Positions 25,690-37,824 of a DNA stretch of 64,000 nt are shown here, one piece after another. Positions within the stretch are counted from its first letter, which is position 1. Each line of letters begins with the position of its first letter. Origin of the DNA: Geosiphon pyriformis uo1 (lineage: Eukaryota > Fungi > Glomeromycota); contig JAAOMT010000096.1 in assembly GCA_016748015.1 (NCBI GenBank), forward strand, positions 519,991 to 583,990, in the 5' to 3' direction. Made by a program: the position numbers and the translations under genes. Under the pieces are notes generated by a model. The model made no database searches and was not told the DNA's origin. It worked only from the letters and a program-made list of their open reading frames with translations.

Positions 25690-26638
25690 TGTTACTGGAG
25701 GTTTTTGGTCTCTTTTTTTGCACATTGTTAATGTTTGTTTGTTGCTAGTTTTATATTTTCTGGAAGCAGTTAAATCTCCAATAACTGAATTTCTCTTCAA
25801 ATTATCTCTTATAATTTGAACTGCTGGACTTATAAATAGAATGGCCAGTTATTTTGTGTAGTTACATTGTAGTAAACATCAACTCTTTTCCAGGAATTGC
25901 TTATCTGGAAGCTCACTAAAAATGTGTAGTTACTTTGCTATAAAAGTCAACTCTTCTATAGGAATCTTGTCTGTAGACTATCTTAATAATTATAATAAGA
26001 AAAATAAAAAAAAATAAAAGAAATATAATTGTGTTAAGGGAAACGTTTTCTATCCAGGTCTGAAGTCACTAACAGATTACTAAAATTGGTAGCTAATCAA
26101 TTTCAAAATCTTAGTTTGTGTTGAAAAAATTTCAAGTGTAATAATCAAAGAATTTGGTTTTTAAATATTTAATTTTTATTTAAGATATGTAAAAAGTGAT
26201 TTGTTCTAATTAAGGTATCTAAAGTAAGATACTATGGTAAAATATTAGAAAATACATTTTCTTGAAGAGAGAAGCTCTTCTTTTATACAACTTGTTGTAG
26301 TACTAGTCTTTGAACTTGCACTTTTCTCTTTGCTACAATTTTGGTGAACTAAAGATACATTTTGGCAAACTACAAATTATTTTACTGAACTATTGATTAT
26401 TTCGGCCAATTTTTATTAATTTCGGCGAATTTTGACTATATTAAATGGTTCAGAGTATTGTGTAGTTTGATTATTTTAATTTCTATAGTACAAATCGAAT
26501 TATTGATTGAGTAATAATATTTGATAATTTGATTAAAATAATAAGTGATAATTGAAATGGTAATAATATATGTTAATTAATAATAGAAATTATGAGGGTA
26601 ATTTCATGCTAATTATAGCTAAAATTCTATTGATAACA
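25690..26638 (-). repeat. 5' LTR, family B
   Basis: TG..CA termini, adjacent PBS, direct repeat of 16779-17749. Confidence 0.95.
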
Positions 26639-27612
26639 GTGAATCTTAAATAGTTTGTTCCTATTCTTTCTGGTTTTGCCATTTTTGGATGATTGTTTGT
26701 TGGTGCTGGTTCTCTGTAAAATTATACTTCACAGAGAGCACCAAATATTACAGATGATTATTTGGGGTGTTAAAACAAATAACAACCTGTAACTTAGTGT
26801 TCAATAGCTAATATAGTTGGTAATATCTGAAGATTTTGTTTGTCTGAAAGTTTTATTAATCTGAAGGTTTTGAGTTTAAGTTCTTTGTATAATGAACAGA
26901 GATTTAATAGTTGTTTATCAATAGCCTCCTGGAATTACAATTCTGTCAAATTTTTTTTTTCAGCTTGATGGCCTGTTTATTCTGGCAGTTATGCTCTTCT
27001 AGTAAGTTATCTGTTAATATATAAATTTGATATCCTTATTTCTGGATCTTTTATTAAGCTATTCTTGACATCAATAACTCAGTGCTTAATTTTTAATCAA
27101 TTAGTAACAACAAATGAAAAAAAGAAAAGAAATAAAATAATAAATAATAAAAAAATAAGCCAAGACAAAAAATGTAAGTATTCCATCAATAGCCATGATC
27201 AAGAGCTATTATTCCTATGTGGTTAAGTATTTGTTATTATTAACATAAAATGTTAATTGTGAAAAGTAAAAGTTAAAAATAGCGAATATTGATTTATTGA
27301 TATTTGTAAATGTTGAAGATTACTTAGATGAAATCCAAGCTAAAAAGTCTGTTTTTTTCTATTTTTAACACTATTGCTATATATACATAATTAAGATTCC
27401 TTAATTTCTTAATTTTTCATCTTAGAAATCCTGCAATTTTTTTGAGAGAAATCTTGGAATTCTGGAATTCTGTGATTTTTCATATGAGAATTCTGAAATT
27501 CCTGGAATTCTGCAATTCTTTTGAGAGAAATCCTGGAATTTCACTTTTATTATGACTATTTTTAATTGGCTAATTTATATGCTAATATACTTCTTATATT
27601 CTATAAGTAACA
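26639..27612 (-). mobile_element. Family C LTR (26746-27612) with PBS and the first ~100 bp of the internal region
   Basis: Reverse complement of 57136-58140. PBS tggtgctctctgtgaag at 26727-26743. Inserted into LINE ORF1. Confidence 0.88.
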
Positions 27613-29040
27613 AAAACCAAATTGTTTACAATAAGTACAGCAAACCAAAAAAAGACCAGCCCAATGCAGATTCACACTCTTAAAAACTGAAACAAAACCA
27701 ATAGTAGTCATCTTAGATGCTTTATCAGAAAAACAAATCATTGTACACTTATTACACACATATGAACTCAGATTGCAGTCAATAAAACAAGTTTTTTTAC
27801 CATAAGAATTCACCAAATCAGAAAAATTGTAAACAGTAGTTTTAATAAACAAAGTATACAACAAAGTCTGATGCTAATCCCTAAAAACTCATAATAATTT
27901 ATTATTGATTGCCAAAGCCACATGCACAGAATTTTTTTCCATAAAAACTGACTATTTAGAGGCAACTGAACCATCAACATTTAATGATTCAAATTCTATC
28001 AAAGTCTTTTGCCATAAACCAATCAGTTGTATTTTAACTAAAATTATCTTACCAAATTTGGAGAACACTGATTTAATCATTAATTTAAAAAGATCTATTG
28101 AGATTTCCATAATGATCACTATCTGATCTGAATGGCTGTTTGGTTTCTTAATATCATTATTAACCAGAATTTTTGCATTGATAACCAAACCTCTAGTCTT
28201 TTATAAACTCAACTTTGAAATAAAAAAAAACTTGATTAGTCCAAAAAATTTTGAAAGAATGAACACTCCCTCTTCCCAAAATTATCTACACAATAAAAAT
28301 TTTTTTTCAATGCTATTAATTTGTTATCAGAAGATTTGTCAGGAACAGTTAAAAGATTAATATCCAACACAAATGATTTTTTCAAGCCAAATTCTCTGAA
28401 TTCTTTGTTTTGTAACTTAACTAATAGCAACTTCTTGAAACCAACAAACTTAAATACCAGTAGTACCAAATTGGTCTTATCTCCACTTAGATTATGAAAG
28501 ACTGATGCTTTTAATAGTTGACCCAAAATCTAAGTCTTTGTTCATGTTTTCCTTGAAGTTGTATTATCTAACATATTGTCAATTTTAGAGGTATTTGAAT
28601 TCACATAACTCATCTTTTTGGCAATCATGTTTTTTATGTTTTTAATATTAGATACATCACTAATATTAGATACTTTGCTATTTACTTAACTGCTTCAAGA
28701 CTTTTTGTATTCAACATTATCAGTCTGCAAAATGTCAACAGAAAAAAGTCCAGCCAACAAATTTACCAAACTACTAGCAATATTAGATATTTTTGTTTTT
28801 TTGTAAGAGAAACCATAAAAATAAATACTCTTTACACACATCTTTTTCTTATTACTAGACTGGATTTCTAACCCAGCCAAAACAAAACCAGAATTATCAA
28901 CAAAAGAGCCCACTGGATTTATAATAACAAATAAGGATGTATTAAAAAAAATATCTACAAAAACAAGAGAAAAAAAGAAAAATAAAAGATATATTTCTTT
29001 GATTATTCTAAGTTCTTACTGTGACTAAAGAATTAATGAA
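27613..29040 (-). mobile_element. LINE ORF1 (type A) relic, 5' part
   Basis: ORFs 27601-27864, 27952-28188, 28236-28526 and 28695-28913 are colinear with 1180-2480. Confidence 0.8.
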
Positions 29041-29289
29041 AAAAAGAATTTTTTTTTAAAGTAGAATCATATTTATAAAATTAAAAATATATATATATAT
29101 ATATATATAAACAAAATTTGCAAATTTATATATTATAACTTATATAAGTAATAATAATTTTATTATAAAATTTTTAAAACAAGTTTTTTTTTAAGTATAT
29201 TTTTTTATTTTAAAAAATAATATTATTTTAAATTTAATTATTAATATTAATAATAATAATAACAACAAAAATTATAATTTTTTTTTATT

Positions 29290-30500
29290 ATGCTTTTAAT
29301 GAGTGAAGTCCAACTGCTATTTAGTACATAGAACCAAACTAAAAGGCTCAAACTAAATACAGCTCATGTATTTTCTACATGTGACTAGCCACTCAGGTCA
29401 GACAAAGCAACACTACACACCAATACTAACACACGGACTACCATCTAAACTAGAGAAAAAGAGACAAGACCTGCAATGGCCAAAACCAATAGCAAAAGAG
29501 CCAGCAACACCGAGCATCTTTACCACTTTATCAAACAACAAAAAATCCAAGCAGCGAGACAAACCTGAAAACAAACTGTTATCTCCAACCAAACCAGCTT
29601 TCTCCATTCTTACCCTAAATGCTGACCTCGCCAACCAGGCTTTAGAGCAATGCAGCTTAACTAGATGCTCAACAAAACCAACCACAGCACCAATAGTCTC
29701 TTTTCTACCATCAAAAATCCTCACAGCTTTAGCACACTATTCCCTCAGCACAAACCCCTTACACAAGACTGAATACAATTTAACATCCACAGAATACTGA
29801 CCAAGAGATCACAAAACAGCAGAAGGCAACAAACCACGAAGACCGACCATGAAAAGCCAATTCACAGATGCCGCAGCAAAAACTTTCTTACAAATCTCTA
29901 CATCATGAGAACACATGAAAACATGATCTGGCAACTCCACTTCACGACACAATAAGCATAGCACACCAGGATAAAACCTATTATATAACCATTTTCTAAC
30001 CACCACAGGAAGCTGTCAATACACAGCCTTCATCAGGTACATGTGAAGACAAAAAGACCTCCAACTAGTAAAACCAACAAGCATATGTGAATCAGGATGT
30101 TAAACCCTAGCAGTAGCACCCCAATCTACAGCCTTAATCAGCACCTCAGGAATCATATCACAGCCAGGTCCTGCTTTCTATCATGCATAACAAACAGATC
30201 TATACAAATTCCAAATAAAATAATGAGCATTGCCAGACACTGATGTGCTTTCAGCTACCAAAAATTGCTTTTGGACACTGACAGGCAAAGACAGATGAGA
30301 AAAAGCAGCGTTACCAACAGTGGCATCAGCCTTAACATTGCCAAGAATCCCAGAATGTCCCTTAACCTTAACCCACCATACAGAAAGATTCTTTTCATAA
30401 ATCAAATTAAAAATCTGGCATCTTTCCAATCAACAAAAGGAGCAAAAATCAGACACAGGCAATGACATCTCAGAAATATATGCATTAATAGCCACCTAAT
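29290..30500 (-). mobile_element. 3' end of a LINE (RNase H and Cys-rich C-terminus), less decayed than its neighbours
   Basis: WVKVKGHSGILGNVKAD (RNase H) and CLLCREVELPDHVFMC (C-terminal zinc finger). A T-tract lies at ~29278-29286. GC content is higher than in the flanks. Confidence 0.85.
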
Positions 30501-31479
30501 ATTATAATATTAACAAAATAAGTTTAATAAATAATTATTTTCAAATTCTAATTTAATTTAAAATTTATTAGTAAAAAATATTAATGTAATAAATAATGAT
30601 AAAATTTTTTTTATAATATTATTTTAAAATTATAATTTTTTTTGATTAATAATTAATTTGTAAAAAATTTAAAAAGATTTTGTTTTAATTATTAAACATA
30701 AAAATAAAAAATTTATTAAAAAAAAATTAAAAATACAAAAAACAAATTATTTTATTGAATACCATAATAATATTATAATATAAAATAAAACAAAATAAAA
30801 ATATTTATAAGTATTTAAAATAACTAATTGAAAAATATAATTATTGTTATATAATTTATTATTTAAAATAATTTAAGTAAAATAAATTAAATAAAAAATT
30901 ATTTAATATTGTTTATACATGTTTTTAAATTTTATTCTGAAATTTACAAAAGAAATTAAAATAACAATTAAAATTTATATTTTATTATAATAATATTAAA
31001 AATTATTAAATTTTAATTAAAACTATTAGAATTAATATTATAAATTTTTTTATTTATTCTTAAAAAATAACAAAAAAAATGTTTTTTATATGTTATTAAA
31101 TATTTTTTAAAATTATATTAATATATTATTTTCTTAAATTATTATAAATTAATTTATGCTTAATCTATTTATATTCTAAAAAAATTTAAAAAATTTAATA
31201 AGTTGTTTAATTAATTTTTTCTAAATTTAATTATTATTAAAATATGATTATTTTATACTGTAAAAAAATCAAAAAAAATCATTTTTGTTATTTTTAAAGC
31301 TTTTATATTATTCTTAAAATTAACTAAAAATTTAAAAATAAAATTATTATGTTTTTCTTTAATAAAATTATTTTTATTATTATTAACAATTTCAATAAAC
31401 TTATAATAAATATTGTTTTTAAAAATTATAAAAACTTTTTGTCTTCTTAATTTTATGATTATAACCAGATTAAAGAGTA

Positions 31480-33560
31480 AAAAAGCTGCAACTAGTATTT
31501 TTTTTAATATTTCACAAAGTTTCAACCAGAAAAGTTCTTTTTATTATAAAAACTACCAGACAAAATGTCTTAAAAGCTTTCTCTTTCGATATTAATAATA
31601 AAAAACTGTTTTTGGTGACTATTAAAGTATTTTTTTTATTTTTGACTGGTTCTTTTCTAGTCAAAGTTTCTTTAAAAAGACACACTTAAATTAATCTCAA
31701 TATTGTTTTTATCTTTTTTAAGAGCCCAAAAATTTTTAATAACAGGCCAGTTAGCAAACTGGTTTTTCTCTTTATAGCTCTTATATCTGATGCTGCTAAT
31801 ATTATTTCTTCAAAAAAAATGATCAAAAAGACCAAAGATTCAAAAAAGTAAAAACAGTCACCTATTTTTACTATTATTATACTGAACTCTTTTGTGTTTT
31901 TAATAAGATTTTAGATAAAATTTCTGTTGTATTATCTGGTACATTGTCTAAAATAGGCCAAAATTAACTACTGGTTGTGTTGTTAAATATAATGTTTTTT
32001 AACAGATTTTTGCCAGTTTTAGATGCAAAACAATTATTTTCTGTAAAGTTATTTATTCTTGAAAGCTGAACTAACTAGATAGAAACTGAATTATTTTTTT
32101 TACTGGTTTTTGGTACTGTTACTAGTAGTGCTTAGAAAATTATTATTAATTATTAAAGATTTGTTAAATAAATGGTCTTTACTCTAATGCTTAATACTAT
32201 TTTTAAGATTAAATTGGCTTATATTAAGACTGTTTTTTAGTCCATACATGGTTTTTTGGATGCAGTTTGGTATTAAAAAACAATATAAAGCTTTTCTGTA
32301 TAGAGTTTGCTTTTTAAAAGTCTTTGGAAGCAGTTTTTTGAACTTATAAGTTTTGTTTGTTTGGCTACTTTTAAAATTGCCAAGTTTTTAGTAGTTTCTA
32401 AAACTGATTTTTTTTTTGTTACTGTTATGCTGCATAATATGCCTTTGGATGTATCTGTTGTTGACATTAAGACAGTTCTTAATATATTTAGTAAGATTGC
32501 TTGTGTTGTGCTAAAACCTATTGGCATTTGACAATATATAGTTGTTTTTTTGAAAAACTGAATTCTGTTATGTCTGCTTTAAATTATTAATCAGTTTTAA
32601 TAAATAAAAATAGTATTAGAATTTTTTTTTTGGTGAATCAAAATGAAACTATTGTATTTTATAATAGGTTTAAGACCAAGTTGATTAATTTTTTTTCTGG
32701 TTGTATTACTTTTAAAATTAGTAATATAATCTCTTAAGTTGAAAATTGAACATGTTTTATTTCTTGCTTTTTTAATTCTAGTTATATTTAAATCTTAAGT
32801 TAATTTAAATATTGTTATAATCAAAACTAGAATACTAAAAAAGTGTTATATTTAATAAAAAACTTCTGGCTGTTAACACTGGTTTAAGTGTTAAAAAATA
32901 GACTATTTAGTCATAGACTATAAAATTTCTCCACTTTTTTCTCTTAAGACTCTTAAGATATTTGCTTTATATTTTGTGAATATTAAGTTTTATGTCAAGA
33001 ACTCTGTTTTTTTAAATTCCTTTATGTTTTTTCTTCTAATGGCTTTTGTTTCTTTTTTTGTAGCTGTTGTTGATTCTTTAATTTCTTCTTAATTGGTATT
33101 TCTGGAATTTAATTTGATCAAGTTGTTAATTTTGGTTAATTCAATTATTAATTCTGTTAATATATTAATTATTGTGTTTAAATAATTTGTAAAAAGTAAT
33201 CTTGTGTTAAGCAGTGTTTTTAGTTTTAAGATTAATAGAATTTTGGTACATATGGGTATTTTTAGCAAAACTATAAGTAAGCTGAAATATAATATAATTA
33301 CACTAAAAAATAAGTGTGATTTTACTAATATTGATATGTCTGGTCTTTATGTAGATTTGTTTGTTATTAATAATAATATGTTTTCTAATTTGCTGTTATT
33401 TTGGAAACATAAACTTACTAATGTCAAGTTTAATGTATTTAAAATAGTTAATTGATTAGTAGAGTTGATTTTTAATAATGCTATATTATTTAAAGTTGTT
33501 TAAAAAATGTCTTTTTTGAATAAGTTTTTTTTTAAAACATCAACATAGTATGTTTTTAAT
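31480..33560 (+). mobile_element. LINE ORF1 (type B) relic
   Basis: Second, longer copy colinear with 13120-14586. Confidence 0.6.
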
Positions 33561-34764
33561 TGGTTTAAGTAACTGGTTACATGTAGAAAAAGCGCAAATT
33601 GTATTTAGTTAGAATTTTTAATTTTGGTTTTATATACTAAATAGTAATTAGATTATATTTGTTAAACTTTAATAAAAAAAATTATAATTATAAATAATAT
33701 TTGTTTAATTTTATTGTTGTTTTTTATTTTATTATTTTAGTAAATTCTGAAAATTTTAAATTTCTGTTTAATAATAATTTCTAATGTTTAATTTGGCTTT
33801 TTTTGTAATTTAAGTTTTACTAATTTTTTTTAAAACTTTTTAAATTTAGTTTATTAGTTTTAAATTCTTGAATTATTAATAAGTAAAAAAAATTTGTTAG
33901 TTTTATTTTTTTGTTTTTGCAAATTGTATTTCTTTATTATTAAAGAAAAATTATAATACAATTGAATTTTAAAAAAAATTATAAAATTCTGATTAGATTA
34001 TTTGGCTTTATAAAAATCATAAAACTGATCAAATAAATATTTGTTAAGTTTATACAAATTATAAAACATTGTATAATTTTTTATTTTAATTAATAATTCA
34101 TTTTTTTCTTTTTACTATACTTTTTGCAAATTATTTGTTAGTCTTTTTGTAATTCAATAAATAATTTGAAATTACTGCAATTATTGTAATTAATTACAAC
34201 TTTTAATTTTTTAGAAAAATAGTTTTATAAAGATTAGTTAAATTCTTATTTGTATATAATTTTAATTAATAACACAATATTATTTAATAATACAATATAT
34301 TTTTAAAGTTTCAAAAATTTTGAACAAAATAATATAGTAACAAGTTAATTATTAATTAATTAATTAAAGTAATTAAAAAAATTCATTCAGCATTATGATT
34401 TTTTAATTTATTATTATTATTATTTTTTAGTTTTATATAAATAAATCAAATATTATTATTAACTTTTATTATTTTATTTCCAAAATATCGCGAAATTGTA
34501 TGACTTTAATGGGGAAATTTTTCTCCGGGCATTGCTTGATTTTCTCTGGAGATCATGCAGGAAATAGTAGCAATGCATAACATCGTTTATTATTGATATA
34601 TTACAATCCATCAGGCTTTATTAACAATGCCTTCCTCGTTTTGTATAATACTTGTCGGTTCCTTTGTCGACTGAGAGGATCGATCGTCTCGCGAATAAAA
34701 GAGTTTTGCCCATTACTTTTTTACTCGCGCGTACGCAAACGACAACTACCTTTAGATAGTGAAT

Positions 34765-35583
34765 ATGGCAACCACGACAACCGCGAGGGACATTCCTGCT
34801 GTTAAAAGGGCAGAGTCTGGCGCAGCCCACCCGACTCATTATAGCACCACGCCCGCTGGGACCATTTATTCGAGCACCCCTGGAGGTCAGGATTTTCGGT
34901 TTTTCGCATTATTAAGAGATTGAGAGTTTGGTGCATTAATTGTTTTTAGACGTTTTCGGGCTTTCATCCGTAAAAATGCCGTTTTTTGATTTACCTGCTT
35001 TTTTCGATTATGTTTTATGAATAAAAAATCATTCTTTGTTAGTGGGTTTTATTTTCCCAATGAAATGACATAATTTGGGGGTCTCTCGAATTGAGCTTCA
35101 AGAACATGTATTGTTCCACATCAAGGATGGGAGAAAAATCAGTCAAAGCACACTAAAGATTCCAAATTTTATTTAAATTATACAATGGATGATTCAGGTT
35201 CTAGAATTATTTATGATCGCAATACACTTTTGAATCTCGCCAATTCTCCTTTGGCCAAGACACCACCAAGTAATTTGGTCTTCGTTCCAGGAGTCACTAA
35301 ACCAACTGCCCAGCACTCTCATGATAATAATCAGACTTCGGCTCAATTTGGTGGGCATCTGGCACCACCGCAAACTGTACCATTTCCTGGTTTGAAACAA
35401 GTAAATGAGAATGCAAATAGCAAAAAGTCTCGAAATGATGACAATGGGCATCCCCATGGTAAAGGAATTCTCTTATTTATCTAGTTTTTCTTCAACATTA
35501 TTTGATATATTTGTTTTGAAGGAGACCAAAACAAGGATCAGCATAACGACCATCATGATATGTTCCACATGGACATGGAATAG
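34765..35583 (+). CDS. EIF4EBP: eIF4E-binding protein (4E-BP family), 3 exons: 34765-34885, 35198-35458, 35522-35583; 147 aa
   Basis: Spliced product MATTTTARDIP...HYSTTPAGTIYSSTPG|GSRIIYDRNTLLNLANSPLAKTPP...PH|GDQNKDQHNDHHDMFHMDME*. Both introns are GT-AG and phase 1. The product has the YxxxxL-phi motif, TP/SP phosphosites and a C-terminal TOS-like FHMDM. The gene lies in a CpG-retaining island. Confidence 0.95.
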
Positions 35584-36099
35584 AATCTTTGTTTTATACG
35601 TGATATTTCCCGCTTACTTTCTTTAATTATGTACAAAGAACATGAAAGAACGGACATTTTATTGTAATTTCTTGTCTGAAACGTTTTTCCTGATGCGTTT
35701 ATTTGATAATATTTCTTGATCCTTGTATTGTGGTGAACATATTACCTGTTACTTTTTCCATCATTTCAATAAAGGAAAATCAAGGTAGCACCCTACACGC
35801 CAACTTTCCAGTGCGTGTTGGGACAATCTGAATAAATCATCCTAAACCAAAACATGTTTTGCATAATAAAGCAATATATCATTATTAATATTGGAGAAGG
35901 GTCAATAAAATCTCGAGATTTTAGGATAAAGTTATTTTTATAACTAATACAATTAAAAAAACAATTAATCAAATGTTAATATTTTGATTGCATAAATCTA
36001 TCTTTTAAACAAAATTATTTAACAAACTATTAAGGTTATTATTTAATTGTAGTTTTTTTACTACTTACATGCATAGCTTATATATATATTTATAATAAG

Positions 36100-37750
36100 T
36101 GTAAATTATGTACTTTTTATATATAACCAACTATTTAAACTTTTATTAAATTACATCAAATAAAATATTACGAATGGTTTTTTTGTATTTATTTATTTAT
36201 AAAATAATTTAAATCTAAACTACTTAAAACAAAACTTATTTATCTAATTTTAGCATATTTTATTAGATTTTATATTAAATTAAACAAATTTTATAAAATT
36301 ACTAAACAATTAAATTTATTATTATTTAAAAAATTTTATATTATATATTTTTTAATTTTAATTATAATTTTTAAATTAAAATTTAATTTTTTATTTTGCT
36401 TTAAACTTATTTTTATTAACTAACAAAAAAGCTATTTATCTATTAAAAAATTAAAATTTTCTATTATTAATTTTATTAAACAGTTTAATTTTGTATTTAA
36501 TAGTTTAAAAATTAAAATAAAATAAAATATTACATATTATTTTAAATTCTTTTTTCTTATATTTTTATAATTACAATTAAAACAAAGAATAAAAAAGTTG
36601 TAAACTTTTTATTTTTATTAATAAAAAACTTATAGTTATTAAACTGCTTAATAATATTTTGTATAAATGCTTTTTTTAAATAAAATAATAATAAACCAAT
36701 TTTTTGTTAATTTTAAAACACTGTTTTTGGCTTTAAATAAAATTTTTTTTATTTAAAGTTTTTTTAATAATCAATTAAGACTAGTTTTAATATAATTGTT
36801 ATTATTATAAAAAATTCTAAAATTTTAATAATAAGTTAATAATAAAATTATTTTTATTATTATTATTATTTTATATTTGTTTAAATAATTAAAAAAGCAA
36901 AAAAACAATTTTTTCCTTTTTTTTTAAAACAATTAACTTTTTTAAGATATTTAAAAAAGTTATTTTTAAAAATACTATTCTATTTTTAAAGTCTGTTTTT
37001 TTTTGTAAAAAATAAAATATTGGTTTTATTTGTTTTTTTAATATTATACTAAATTTATAATTGTATTAATTTTATTATTTAATTTAAATTTGATTATAAA
37101 TAATAGTTTTTTATTATTTAAATAATAAAATTAACAATATATTTACCAAAACTAATTTTAATTAATACATAATTAAATTGCTTAATACATTAAATTCTAA
37201 TTAATTTTTATTAGTTTAAAAAGAAAAACAATTTATGTTTTTATATATAATTTTAATTAATTAATCTCTTAAGTTATTTAATTTTAAAAATTATGCTAAT
37301 TAAATAAAAACTTAAGTTGTTTTTTATTTTTTAATAGTATTGTTTTTAATAATATTTAAAAAATAATTGTTAATTATTATAAATTTTTTAAATAAGTAAT
37401 TTTTATTTTAATATTTAATATCTTTTTTAAAATTAAATTAATTTATATTAAGATTGTTTTTTTAGTTTTTATTAATATAAAATCAGTTTTTAAGGTTTTT
37501 TTAATAAAATTTGTATTATAAATTTCTTTGAATATTATTTTACAAGTTAAATTTGCTTAAAATTATAAAATTTTGTATTTGGTTCTGTTTTTATTGTTGT
37601 TGTTTTTTCTAATTTTTTTTAAGTTATTATTAATAAAATTAAAAATATTATAAGTATTTTTAACAAAATTTTAATATTAAAATAAAATTTATTGGTTTTT
37701 AATAATATAATATTATTTATTTTAAATTTTATGTATTTTTTATTATTATT
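36100..37750 (-). mobile_element. Extremely eroded LINE 3' end
   Basis: The 3' terminal string tatatataaccaactattta (~36118) is shared with the LINE end at ~37837. The rest is mostly A/T with faint colinearity. Confidence 0.4.
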
Positions 37751-37824
37751 AAATTGCTTTATAAATGCAGTTTAATCACTACCTAAAATTATAAAATCAT
37801 ACAAAATCTTATATTAAGTATAAT

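Larger units (their letters stand above)
16779..26638 (-). mobile_element. Near-full-length degenerate Ty3/Gypsy element (family B), gag-PR-dUTPase-RT-RH-IN-ORF3
   Basis: LTRs at 16779-17749 and 25690-26638 (TG..CA). PBS tggtgcttttctacg at ~25673-25687 and PPT gaggaggaaatta next to 17749. All domains are recognisable, with many premature stops. Confidence 0.95.

Noticed and set aside
29087-29109. (TA)n microsatellite
   Set aside because: Ordinary short repeat in AT-rich DNA.
35185-35484. ORF-track 99-aa protein as the complete gene
   Set aside because: Its ATG and stop fall in introns; the 3-exon model restores the conserved N- and C-terminal motifs.
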